A stretch of DNA of 64,000 nucleotides from Antechinus flavipes. Lineage: Eukaryota. The stretch lies in NCBI RefSeq assembly GCF_016432865.1, contig NC_067403.1, positions 245,644,001-245,708,000 of the forward strand, written 5' to 3'. Position numbers and translations under genes: made by a program. The notes under the pieces are model-generated. The model did no database searches. It was not told the DNA's origin and saw nothing but the letters and a program-made list of their open reading frames with translations. This document shows positions 1-11,979 of this stretch, in pieces; the stretch's first letter is position 1; every line of letters begins with the position of its first letter.

Positions 1-122
1 TATAATTTGTTAAGAAAGTTCTTATTCAAATTATCTTAGACTGCTCACCAAACTCATAATTGAGTATGGAAACAATACTCAAAGAAGGCTTCTTTCTTTT
101 ATTCTCAGATTATGTTCCTTGG

Positions 123-428
123 ATGGAAGAAATGATCAAATTAAATGAAACCTCTGGTAGCCAAGTGATTAAATATTTAAGGTATCACACACCATCTTTA
201 TTTGCAAGGTCTCTCTTTATGGTATTTTTCCTCAACTACATGACCACACTTGGACCTTATCATTCAACCAGTGTTGATTCCCACACACACATAACCATGC
301 ATTTCTTTCTTTAGTAACTGACATTATATCAATCTTGACTATTTCATAGTCTTCAATCCAAAAATGCTATCCAAGTTCAACATTGGAGAAAAATACAATT
401 TCCTATGAGAAATGTACAGTGAAGGTAG

Positions 429-432
<4 letters not shown>
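123..432 (+). pseudogene. OR8K-like olfactory receptor pseudogene, 5' third only
   Basis: Starts [10 protein letters not shown] like the intact gene at 11980. Degenerate VDSH..MHFFL, PKML and ISY..C remnants with frameshifts and stops. Homology ends at a (TG)n repeat. Confidence 0.9.

Positions 433-470
<38 letters not shown>
433..470. repeat. (TG)n microsatellite
   Basis: Perfect TG run. Confidence 0.95.
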
Positions 471-473
<3 letters not shown>

Positions 474-858
474 CATGCATATGTGCAAGAATAAATCAGT
501 TCACAAACATTTAGAAAATCTGGAGTTAAGCCCTATGCTACGCATTGGGCAGATACAAATTATTTTTTTAAATAGTTCTTGCCATCAAAATGCATACATT
601 TCACAATGGTAAATGAGTCTCATTATTTGCAACAATTGCTATTCAACTTTCAAATGTCTCTAATTTATAAAAAGTCTATCCTTACCATAACTCATTTCCC
701 TTCACTAATTTCCATCCATTGCTTCTGATCTCCTCTGTAATAAGGATTATTCTATTCTCTCTGAACCATCATTTCAATACATGAAGAAAGCTCTATCCCC
801 TCTTCTACGTTCATATGCAATTCTTCCATTATGCTAAAATGGATAAAATATTCGATTT

Positions 859-934
859 TACAAAGTGTCCCAAAAATGTTACTGAATTTTAAAGTTTTTA
901 AAGCTTAAAATAAACTAAGACTTTTGGACACCTC
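859..934. mobile_element. ~75-bp palindromic Tc1/mariner-type MITE
   Basis: TA-CAAAGTGTCCCAAAA...CTTTTGGACACC imperfect inverted repeats; paralogous to 22271-22342. Confidence 0.6.
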
Positions 935-1020
935 AAATCCTGCACTTACATTCTTAGTAATTCTTAGTGGAATACATATTAGCCTTCCTCATTGATACCT
1001 AATATACTTGACTTGTTTCT

Positions 1021-1264
1021 GTTATTCAGTATTTTTTCAGTAATGTATGATTCTTTGCGACTCCATCTGGGCTTTTCTTGGCAAAGATATTGTAGTGATT
1101 TATCATTTCCTTTATCAGTTTATTTTCCGAGGAGGAAACTGTGGCAAAGACTGTCTTTGCCCATGGTCACACAGCTTATAAGAGTATGAGAACAGATTTG
1201 ATTTTAGGAAGACAAGTCTTCCTGATGAAAGATGCAGCACATTATACACTGAACCAACTAGCTA
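1021..1264 (-). mobile_element. MAR1-type CORE-SINE
   Basis: TTTTCTTGGCAAAGATA...CATTTCC tail plus CORE (gaggaaactgtggca, tgcccatggtcacacagct) and tRNA-derived head, in reverse orientation. Confidence 0.7.
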
Positions 1265-1668
1265 AACCAGCAAAAATAAGTCTAGAGGTCAGTTAAATTC
1301 ATTGGAATGTGAAATTCAATTAAAAGTAAGTGTTTTTCCCCCCCAGAGTAATGCCTTGTTGTTTGCGAAAATAGACTCAAAAATCTGAAATAAATTTAGA
1401 AGCAATTTATGTCATCATTTTGTAATAGAGAGTCAATAAAAAAGTGTGGTTCCCTTCCAGGCTCTGGAAGATTTGTATTATATAAGATTTAGACAAATTT
1501 GGCTTCCTATTGTTAGAAATGGACATTTACTTGATTTCCACAGTTATGAAAATTAAATTGGAGAAATGAAACAAATTAGAAAACTGAAACCCGCATGGAC
1601 GTCAAAAAGTAATCAAGGTTATCTTCTACCAAAAGAATATAATCTCCTTGGAGACAGGAACAGACTTT

Positions 1669-2002
1669 TGTAATAAAGGGTGGTGGCCTGAGATTTGAAA
1701 ATATTTTTTTGCTCTTTGCCTTTAATCTGCCTCTGTTATACTCCCTTTCTAGAATGTAAGGGGCAGGGACTGGCTATGTAATGGAAATTCATGTCCTGTA
1801 ACTTCTGTAAGATCCAATTAATGGGAATCAGAGAAGGGACTTGTGCTCTAGGATAAAAAATAAAATGCTTTTAGAGTTTTAAAGTATGTCTATTCACCTA
1901 GGCACTCATTCTTGCAAGACTGTAAAATAAATATTTCCTGAATTATCAATGAGTCAGTGGAGTTTTGGGTAAGATATCTTGTTTCTTATCCTATGAACCA
2001 CA
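1669..2002 (+). mobile_element. Solo LTR
   Basis: TG...CA ends, 4-bp TSD CTTT (1665-1668 / 2003-2006), AATAAA near 1926. Confidence 0.6.
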
Positions 2003-2315
2003 CTTTTGCTATAATGCAAGGGAATCTAAAAACATAAACTAGGGGGAGACCCATCAAAACAAGATATTTTTTAGTAGACTCAGGACAAGGGAGACCCCAA
2101 ATATCTTGTAGCCAATATCAGAATTTCTAGAGTTACTAAGATCAGGTAACATTTTTGGTATGAACAATCTGTCATATTTTAAAGCTAAATTAAACATTGT
2201 ACTTTTTTTCTGAACAATGTAATAAATTATCCTTTTCTACAACACTAAAAGTCCAAATTATTCCTAGTCTTTACTTAAGTTTATTTTTGTTTGTTCTGTT
2301 TTGTTTTTAATCAAT

Positions 2316-3293
2316 TCAAATATAAGCTTTTGAATTCTCTCCATACTGACCTTCACCAGCTAGTTGGTTAAAAGTGATTTGTCCAATAATTCCTGTTTGC
2401 CTATTGCATTGGGCTTGAATCCTACATGATACATGAAATTCTGAAAGCCACAAGAAATTTTGTCCAGGTTTTAAGCATGTCCTAACTATGGATTTCCAAT
2501 CATTCGGGGTTAAGATTTCATAAGACAAATTATCTGGTAACAGCTTAACATAAGAGAATGTAGCCTCATAAAGAATGCAACCCTTTTTCAAATCTTTAAT
2601 TTTTTTCCAAATTAAAAGGAATGTATTTTCTCTCTTTTTGACCTGAAGAGTCAAGTTTTTCAATCATAGGATATGCTTTTATAAAATCAGATATATCTTC
2701 TCCTTCCTTTTTTGCCTTAATTAATGCTTTTTCTAATCTTGTCATATTCTGCTTCACAGGAGATTCAGAATGTGTTTTTGCCTCTCTCTCTCTCCCCCCT
2801 TTCTTCCTTCACTCATGAAGGGTTAATTGAATGGGGAGGGTCATGAGATGTGCAGTGATGTAATTTCTCCTGTTGTGAAGTATCACACTCAGAATTGTAC
2901 TTAACTTATTCTTATCTGATTCTTCCTGCTTTTCACCTAGTTTAGTTGGCACCTCTCCTTCCTGCACTGTCATCTTTTTCTTCATTCTAACACTTAAATA
3001 ATTTCTTATGGCCAGCTGTATTACATTGTATATATAAAGTATATTTTTGGAAATTGAGTTTGGATGAGAATTGTAGTATTCACTTAGTTGCTCTCCCACT
3101 AATTTCCACTTATTTGGATGCAATTCTTTTTTTCTGTAGAGAAGCAAGGAGATGTGTACTTAACAGTTTTTAAAAGATCAATGACATTCTCCCAGGTTAT
3201 AATTAAACCTTGATTTTTTTATAAGTCTGACAATGGTCTCTGAAATTTTCCTTGAACAGAAATAGGAGGATGTTTTCTAAATATCTGTCCCAT
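2316..3293 (-). mobile_element. gag: Betaretrovirus-like (ERV class II) gag remnant: matrix plus N-terminal capsid
   Basis: MGQ start at 3293. MA-like WKLVGEQLSEYY..P in ORF 2809-3147. CA-like LTPNDWKSIVRTCL..GQNFLWLSEF..C...A..N....ITFNQLAGEGQY in ORF 2316-2663. Frameshifted and truncated. Confidence 0.85.
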
Positions 3294-3391
3294 CTTAGCT
3301 GAAATTCTACTTTAACTCTTTTAACAAAATTTCTTTGTTGTACTCTGGATTCAGGATCTGAGATTTTCCCACTGAGATCAGGATTCTGTCA

Positions 3392-3410
3392 GTCCCATGT
3401 TTAGACGCCA
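3392..3410 (-). other. Primer-binding site, tRNA-Lys-like (degenerate)
   Basis: TGGCGTCTAAACATGGGAC 3 nt after the LTR's terminal CA; resembles the Lys3 PBS TGGCGCCCGAACAGGGAC. Confidence 0.7.
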
Positions 3411-3413
3411 AAA

Positions 3414-4095
3414 TGTGGTGTTTTTCTTCTTTAAAATATAAGATGGTTCTCTCTTAGAGCAGGTTTCTTGGGGAAGTTTTCTGGAGGCAACCTTAATTTC
3501 GGTTAAAAGTAATAATTACTCCAAACGCAGCCAGGTGATAAAAGTTCAGATCTTTTATTGCTTCCTCCAAAATAGCCCGGTTAGTTTTTCTTACAGGCTT
3601 ATCTTTCTGCTTGGTTCCAAGAGCACTTGCAATTGTCCTTGGCCTCTGCTTTCTTCAGCCTCCAGCCAGCACAAAGGTAGAAAATGGAATGAATGCTCCC
3701 TGGGACTGGGCAGCTTTCTGGAGATCCTTTCAGACCAGCCTTGGTCTCAATGGGGGAAGTGCAGGAGGCCAGCCACCATTCCAAATATCTCCAGCCAGCA
3801 CCAAGGTAAAAGTTGGAATGAATCTGACTCCACTTCTGAGAGTGAGCTTGTGGGCTTCCTCCCAGAGTGCTCTGTGTCTGTCCCAGAGTGCTCTGTAGCC
3901 CTAAAAGCTTCTTTCTTATATGAGTTCTATAAAGGTGTAAACAAGCATTGTTTCTCAGTTGCACTTAGTACCTTGTTTCTTCTGGACCATAACATCTCCT
4001 TGTAATATCAGATCAATCATACTGAACCATGCTAAATTAGATAATTATTGTCTCTATCAACTCTAATGACTTAACAGTTTTTAAGGATTCCAACA
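3414..4095 (-). mobile_element. 5' LTR of the ERV
   Basis: TGTTGGAATC...CACCACA on the - strand, AATAAA signal, internal duplications (CAGAGCACTCTGGGA x2; ATTCATTCCA..GTGCTGGCTGGAG x2), followed by the PBS. Same family as 15717-16210. Confidence 0.85.
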
Positions 4096-4757
4096 GGAAA
4101 GGGACCTGTATGTACAAAAATGTTTGTGGCAGCCCTCTTTGTAGTGGCTAGAAACTGGAAATTGAATGGATGCCCATCAATTGGAGAATGGCTGAATAAA
4201 TTGTGGTATATGAATGTTATGGAATATTATTGTTCTGTAAGAAATGACCTACAGGAGGATTTCAGAAAGGCCTGGAGAGATTTACATGAACTGATGCTGA
4301 GCAGGATCAGGAAATCATTATATACTTCAACAACAATACTATATGATGATCAATTATGATGAACATGGCGCTCTTTAACAATGAGATGAACCAACTCAAT
4401 TCCATTTGTTCAATAATGAACCAGCTATACTCAGAGAAAGAACTCTAGGAAATGAGTGTGAACCATTACATAGTATTTCCAGTCCCTCTGTTTTTGTCTG
4501 CTTGCATTTTTTATTTCCTTTTCAGGTTAATTGTACATTATTTTAAAGTCCTATTCTTCTTGTGCAGCAAAATAATTGTATGGATATGTATACATATATT
4601 ATATTTAACATATAATTTTATTGGTCTACCTGACATCTAGAGGAGGGGATGGGGGGGAAGGAGGGGAAAAGTTGGAACAGAAGTTTTTGCAAGAGTCGAT
4701 GCTGAAAAATTACCCCTGCATATATCTTGTAAATAAAAAGCTATAATTTAAAAAAAA
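4096..4757 (+). mobile_element. L1 3' fragment (ORF2 C-terminus plus 3'UTR)
   Basis: MFVAALFVVARNWKLNGCPSIGEWLNKLWY; G-rich 3'UTR tract; A-tail. Confidence 0.9.
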
Positions 4758-4879
4758 GGAATTTGTGTGGAACAGAAACAGGAAAGCAGAACAAGGAACA
4801 CATTGTACACAGTAAGAGAAAGAATGTGTGATTACTATCTGTGATTAACTATAAAAGACTTGTTTTTTTTTTTTTTTTT

Positions 4880-5120
4880 TTTCAATGGTTCAGTGATCCA
4901 AAGTAATCCCAAATTGACTTTGGACAGAAAACACCATCTGCATCCAGAAAAAGATCTAAAGAGACTGAATGTAAATCAACAAATGCTATATTCACTTCTT
5001 TGTTTCCATTATTTAAATCTTTTCCATGTTTTTTTTTTTTTTCCCTTTTGCTTGGATATTTCTCTCCAAACATGGTTCATGAAGTAATGTGTATTAAAAT
5101 AAATAAATTCATTAGAAAAA
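4880..5120 (+). mobile_element. Older L1 3'UTR fragment
   Basis: Similar to the L1 3'UTR pieces at about 53060-53400 and 62300-62680. Confidence 0.55.
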
Positions 5121-5739
5121 AAGAATTTTGCATGAATAATTGTTAACATTAAAATAGAATTCATGAACATCACCTCACTGAAGCTTCAAAGCAACCTCTG
5201 AGATGAGTAGAATATATATATATATGTGCATATATATTTAACTCTCTGTCTATATATATATATAATGTGTGTGTGTGTGTGTGTGTGTGAAAGATCAGAA
5301 AACTGAGGCCCAAACTGTTTAACTACTTTTCTGAAATTATCTATCCCATAAGTGTTGGATACAAAATTGGAACCAAGTATTGTTGATTACTTTATCCCTT
5401 ACTCTAGACAACTCAACTCAGGAAAATCCAATTTTTTATTAACATCATCATAATCATTGTTATTTATCAGCATCAATAATGATCCTCATTATCTTCATCA
5501 TCATTCTCATCATCAAATATACCTTTTTTTAAAATATTATTCCTATATGCATCTTCTGGAAAGAGCACTGTAGTATATAAACAAAATTTCAAACTCAGTG
5601 TGATACCACTTTTAAGTCATTTTTGGAAGTCATAACAAAAAATGTTCGGGAAGTGAATATACTTCCGCTGGGCAGTGTTGAATCTAAAATCATACAAAGA
5701 GACAACAAAGATCTTAATTTATGGGGAGTCTACATTAAG

Positions 5740-6240
5740 TCAACAAAAGATCAATAAACATGAATTAAGTGCCTACTAAATGCCAGGCACTCTATTAAAT
5801 AGTGAAGATACATAAAAAAAATTGCAAGAAGGGATCTCTGTCCTAAAGGACCTTTCTGCTGAAGGTAGCATGAAAGCAAATATATACAAAGCTAGCTGCA
5901 TCTAGAATAAAAAGGAAATAATTATTAAAGGGAAACGACTGGAATGAGGGGACAATGTTGGTGAGGCTTATTGGTGCAAGGTCACAATTGAGTTGAGACT
6001 TTAAAGTAGTCAAGAGGTTGAGTAACCAAACCAGATGAGGAAGAATGGATTAGGCATGAGGGAGTTGCCAAAAACAGTATCCAGAGATGAGAGATTAAGC
6101 ATCATTTTGTGGATCATTAATCAATCCAGTGTAATTGGATCGAAACATATAGATCAGAGAGTGTTGTTGAAACAGATAAGAAAATTGCAGGGAAATAGTT
6201 TATAAAGAACTTCAGAGTTACTAGATTCAAAATATTCTGA
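5740..6240 (-). mobile_element. L2 3' fragment
   Basis: Reverse complement of the L2 terminus (agtgcctggca..tagtaggcacttaa..tttattga) followed by L2-like body. Confidence 0.55.
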
Positions 6241-6435
6241 CAAAAAGGACTATCCAATAAAGAAGTAGAGATTGGGCCTCCAAAATCAATTTGAATGAAT
6301 GAAAACATATTTTTAAATATTTACTCTATAGAATTTCCTAAGTTAATCAACTGGAACACAAACATAAAGTGAACATCAATCTATTCACTAAAAGAACTTA
6401 CATATTAAAACGTGGAGATAATACATGAAGAATGT

Positions 6436-6438
<3 letters not shown>

Positions 6439-6500
<62 letters not shown>
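6439..6500. repeat. (AC)n(AT)n microsatellite
   Basis: Perfect dinucleotide runs. Confidence 0.95.
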
Positions 6501-6903
6501 GTCAAATAAAAAGAGATTGCTGAACTTAAAGAACAGAAGCATAGAATAATGAATCTCTTCCAATGTCATTTTCATATCTCTTTCTTTTGTTGAACCATAT
6601 TTTTAAGAAGTATTGGTAGTAGATACATTTTACCTTTAGGTCAGTAGTTTTGACTAAAAAACATACAGGAGTTAATTCCAAGTTATATCACCATGTAGCT
6701 GTTTCTTAGGATTATGGCAAGGGTTGGTTTTAAACCATGAATGTTTCTTAAGTATGATTGCTATTACAAGAGACTTTCTCTTTTCCTAAATATTAGTGGA
6801 AAGTAGTTATCTGTGGATCTCCACAATGAATAATCTGTTCAAAGATGACTTAATGTAGTAGGCTTGAAGTTGAGTTGGTTGGTATATGACATAAGAAAAT
6901 CAG

Positions 6904-6934
<31 letters not shown>

Positions 6935-7444
6935 GGGCTAACTTAAATGATCTTCATAACCAATAGCCAGCCTCGATTTGTCACTGTAGTATAGGGTTGA
7001 ATGTTTTCTGACCTTCTGACTCAGCCCTGATATGGAAGTTGAGACCTCAGACATGAAACTTCTAATTGACTTACTCATATGGCTTTAATCAATGCCCAAA
7101 GCCTTGGGCTTTTATTATGCCCAAGATGTATGTATCTATATGAGTTATCTACTCTATATTCATGATTTGAGGATCTTACACATTTTTTCTAACAAATTCA
7201 AAACTAGTAGTTGTCAAGTTCTGAGAGGTCATTCCATATTAAAATGCCTCCATCATGTTAAATACCAGAATAGGAGGTGCCTATGGATTGACAATAGTGT
7301 TCTGAATTGTCATATAAAATCTGAATAGTGAAATAGTGGAAAAAATATATTCTTCTGTCTATCTCTTTGAAAAATAACCATGACTAAACATTCAAAGACT
7401 GCCAAGAAGTATAATAATATTGGGCCCTCTTTGTAGAAGATACC

Positions 7445-8292
7445 CAAGTTCTTCAGAGTGGATATAAACATGTTCTTAAAATTCCATAAATAGTCAATTA
7501 GTTTAAGAATTCCGGTTATGGATTAAAAACAGGAATAAAATTACATGAGCAAATGAGAGTTTGAAAATCATGTTCATAGAGTAGGACATGTAAGATGATG
7601 ATGGACACAGGTTATCATTTAAAATATTGAATTTGTACCATAGAAGAGGAGCAACTATCCTGATTAGAAGAGATGTAGCAGAAAAGATACTGGGAGGTAT
7701 GTCCTTCATTGCAATGAGTTTACTCAAGATCATTATAATGATATGCCACTGTTTAATATTTGGGAGAAAAATATGAATGGTGTAGTATGAAATCTGTAAT
7801 TCACCTGCAATTCTAGGCAAAAGAAGGCCAGAGTCATAGAAAATTCCATTAAGAACCTGAGAGGTCAATATCTGTTATGGGATGAGGTACACAAAAGAGA
7901 TCATAATGAGTCATTTCTGTTAAAGTTTAAGTATACCAAGATGGAATCATATGCATAAGTCACACATAGGTCTCTGAAAAAAACCCGTGTTAGACACAAA
8001 AAATATCATAACTGTATATTAATAGAAGAATTGACAATTTAAAATCCAAATTCGTTGAGAAATGTATACTTGAACAATTAACTTCATAGTACTTTTGACA
8101 TAACAAAATGGTGAAAAGTTTATACACAGTGATCCATTAAATCTGAATCAATTATAAATCCAATAAAAGTTTAGATAGCAGAAAAGATTCCTAGCCAGAG
8201 CCCACTTTGTTTGCTAAGATGGATACCAGTGATATCTTGGAGTCAAGTTGGCTTCAGAGGAAAATGACATCTTTCAAGAACCAAGGCTTCAT
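7445..8292 (-). pseudogene. Heavily decayed OR-like pseudogene (copy B)
   Basis: OR motif remnants in the correct order over about 850 nt: IFL*, RNL (GNL), IDSDL, QL*YF, YAYD, FYD, HII, LFYGT, LCPSSS, IPVFNP, IYG..RN. Many indels. Confidence 0.6.
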
Positions 8293-10057
8293 GGATTAGA
8301 CACTATTAAAATCTAGGACTCACTCCATTATGTGACTGTATTAACTCCTTCACTGATTGTATCTGTATATGAGTTTAGGGGAAGAAGTTAAAAATAATCA
8401 AGAATGCAAATTAGAAGAAGAGGAAGAAGTCCATGATTGATCATTACATATTCTAGAGAGTCAAAATCATAACAATGCTTATTGCAGAATATAAAATTAA
8501 AAATTTGACATAGGAAAGCATCATAAAGAATTTAATTTGATACTTCCGTGTACAATAAAGCTAATAATATAAATTATTTGGTGAAAATCATTCTTTAACA
8601 TAAACTGCTGGAAGCATTGCAAAGTTGTTGGTAGAAATTAGAGATAAATAAATATATTCTCTCAAAGCAATTAAGTAACACAATAGATAAAGCACCAATC
8701 CTGAAATAAGGGAGATCTGAGTTCAAATCAAGCTTCAGAAATTTACTGTTATTCTGGGTAAGTCATTTAACATTTGCTTCAGTTTCTTTATGTGTAAAAT
8801 TAGGATAGCTATGAGAATTCAGTGATAAACGTGTAGACCACTTTAGAAGAGTATCAAGAACATTGCGAGCTATATACAAATGTTATCAATAAAATAATCA
8901 TATTTATGCTATATTGCATAATATCTACAAATTAAACTAATGACCTAAATATTAAAGGAGCACTATGAAACAAAATAGAAAAAAAATCAGGTTTTTACAA
9001 TAGAATGTTTAACAACAAAGCAATCAATAAGCATTTACAAAGGAACAATTCTGTGATCTATAATGTGATAATCATTGGGCAGATAAAAACAATAACAAAT
9101 AAATAATTAATGAAATACATACCTACCCCTCCATTTCTTGATTTTAAATATTCAAAAGTCTAAGGCCAGCCTTATATGAATGATGCAACACTCATTGCAT
9201 ATTGTTTTTCATTCCCACTCATAGGTGCCAAATAACTATTGTACACTAAGATTGCTTTTCTTTCCCCCAAGGAAGGTTCTTGCATAGTGATTCAAGGAGA
9301 ATGGTTATACTAGACTTATTCATGGAGATGATAAAAATATTACTAGACATTATTTATTGAATCAAAAAGATTGTGTCACTTTCATGGGCACAATGCAAAT
9401 ACTTTCCTGACTCACCAAAAGAAATAAGATCATCCCCAAATGTAGTGGATACCCTCTAGAGTTGTGAGTTCAGTTCTTTTAACAGTATTGTGTTCCACGT
9501 TTCCAAGCCATATAATAGTATGTATAAAGAATCTTTTTTGAAAAAAAAGTTCAGAGGTATTAGGAAAGGAAAGAAACAAGTATTCATTAAATGTCTATAG
9601 CATATTAGTCTCTTCAGTAACCATATCATGCTTAGTTGATCTTCACATAATGTTAAAAGAAAATATTATTATGTCTATTTTAAAGTTAAGGAAATTGAGC
9701 CAATAAGAGATTAAGTAATTTTCCTAGGGTCACATCGATAGTATGTGTCTGAAATCATATTTCAGGATACTTTCCTACCTTCTAACTCAGTGAGAGATGT
9801 GTTCTCCCACTTAAATGCCTGATAAAAATTACATTTGTTTCTCAGAAAAATCCTGGCAGATAAGCACTATTATAAAGTCCTATTTGAAAAGAAAGGAAAA
9901 ACAGCAGATAAAGGGTAGTATTTACACTAGGTCACTTAGTACCTTTTTGAGGATAGATTTGAAAATAGTTCTTGCGGACTGTATGATTAGTGTTCTAGAC
10001 AAAGCATGACTTAACTCCTAAAACAACACTATAATATTCGAAGTGCAGCTAGATAAT

Positions 10058-10275
10058 GCAATAAATTGAATACCAGGCCTGGAATCAGGAAGCCATCTCA
10101 ATTCTGGCCTCAGAAACTTAGCTGGGTGACACTAAGTCACATAATCTTTTTTACTTTAGTATATTATTTGTAAAATGAGTTATAAAAAAAATAGCAAACT
10201 ATTGCAATAGTTCTACCAAGAAAACCCAAAATGCCTTCACAAAGAGTAGATTATGACAGAAACCACTGAACAAAT
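10058..10275 (+). mobile_element. MAR1-type CORE-SINE
   Basis: gctagataatgca...ggaatcaggaag head, CORE, and caagaaaacccaaaatg...cacaaagagt tail. Confidence 0.6.
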
Positions 10276-10696
10276 TATTGTAAAGGAAATATAGCTTATT
10301 TAAAAGCTCATACTAATTTATGAACCAAATACTGAGGCTAATGTACCATTTTTCTCAGATAGCCTTCAAAAAAGGTAGGCTCTTCATCTTGTCCATGCAA
10401 CTTCAGGTTTTCTTCTGGGAACTAAATTCTCCTGCTCCCCTCCAGAAATTACATCCCCCCATTTTTCTGATGTTAAACTGGATAAAATAATGATTTGATG
10501 TTAAACTGGATAAAATAGACTATTCTGATTGGCTACAGACTCCTCTCAGAATTGTTTTTAATATCCTTAAGCTTGACTAAGCACAATATCAGCCACAATC
10601 ACGAGTCTGACAATTATTGGTATTTAATAGATTTTTTTTTGGTATTAGTTAAAAACATACCTTTTGTTATATATTACAAAGATAAGATCTCAGCAA

Positions 10697-10800
10697 TTTC
10701 TTTGAGATGATAATTATGAAATTCATTAAAGTTCTCTAGTGCTATAGGGATATAGCCTCAAAGGAACAGAAAAACACATAAATTCTCCCTCAAGCAGCTG
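10697..10800 (+). promoter_or_regulatory. Putative OR promoter block (homeodomain site plus O/E-like sites) for the OR at 11980
   Basis: TAATTA and three O/E-like motifs (ttctttgaga, ctataggga, cctcaaagga), in register with blocks at 19458, 29176 and 41231. Tandem donors CAG|GTGAGCAG|GTAAC follow at 10847/10855. Confidence 0.55.
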
Positions 10801-11979
10801 GCAATAGTGAAAACATGAGCAAGTCAGAGAAGATTCTTTCTTCCAGGTGAGCAGGTAACATGCTTGTTGGTTTGTGATCTTACTGCAGCAAGTATCTAAA
10901 TAGTTATGGGTGCAAGTATTTCAGTTCCAAATTGCTTTTAGTATGCCCACTATGTGGGTTAATCAAGAAATTTAAGGTGTATGTTGCAAATTCACTCAAA
11001 TTAGAACTCCATGAAATGATTCTAGGAAAGCTACCAGAAAAGAAGGCATAATTCTGGACAATAAAGTACTTTTGTGCAATTAGAGAAATCAGATAAATTT
11101 TGTCAAATAGCATTAATCCAAAATAATACATAAGGTCAAATGTCCTTGAAAACTATATTGTGCAACTAGAAAGCAATTGCATAATAGCTTTAATAAGGAA
11201 AAAAAAAAGTTCAAGGATTCTCATGAGGCAGGCATTAAAACATTTCTTTTTTTTTTTCTTTTTTATCAAGGTAATAGTCATATTCCAGGAATCAAAATAT
11301 TCTGTCTCAGTTAATGTGAAAGAGATGATGTCATAGAGAGTTTGGTTGTCTTCCTAGAGATCATATTCTTCATGTTTATAAGAGAGAGAAAAAGAAAGGG
11401 ATATTGACCTATAATCGCAATGGTTTGGACCACTAAGGAGATTCCATTTCTGAAAATTGGACATCTGTTTTTTGGCAATATAATTGTATACAGTAGCCTA
11501 GATGTCTAGTACAGGGTCACACATAAATACATAGATAGATAGATAGATATACAAATACACATTGACATAAAACAATTAGTTTGGCTTTAAAGCCAAGTAA
11601 ATCCCTATTGTAGCACAGTGCTTCCATTAAGGGTTCTCATATATATTTAGCTTCCTATAACATCTCATTACATTTCTTCTGTATACCAATGAATAAAATA
11701 AAGTTATTGATAATATTTGTCCTGTCATTAAAGATATCCTGACATTAAAGAACTTCAAAATTAACTCTAATTTACATAATAAAACTGGAAGCACTTTCTT
11801 CAAATTGAAAAGTTGTTGATAAGATATTATATGATATGAAAATATAAATGCATTGCAATTTGATGGGAAAGCTCTTCTTCCTATTATCTAAGATCTCTCT
11901 ACCCATAACTTCCTAATTGATTATGCAAACATTGCTCAAAGAAGGCTTTCTCCCTTTCTTCTCAGATTATGTTTCTTGG

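Noticed and set aside
3535-4005. Three overlapping 95-156 aa ORFs
   Set aside because: They lie within the GC-richer LTR, have no recognisable motifs, and are expected by chance.
10468-10517. 22-bp direct repeat TGATGTTAAACTGGATAAAATA with a 6-bp spacer
   Set aside because: Only two copies; an ordinary small slippage duplication, not an array.
11917-11979. ORF-track N-terminal starts at TTG (11917, 43411, 60493) as true starts
   Set aside because: Non-ATG starts; the 11917 start lies upstream of a clear splice acceptor, and the canonical OR N-termini begin at later ATGs.
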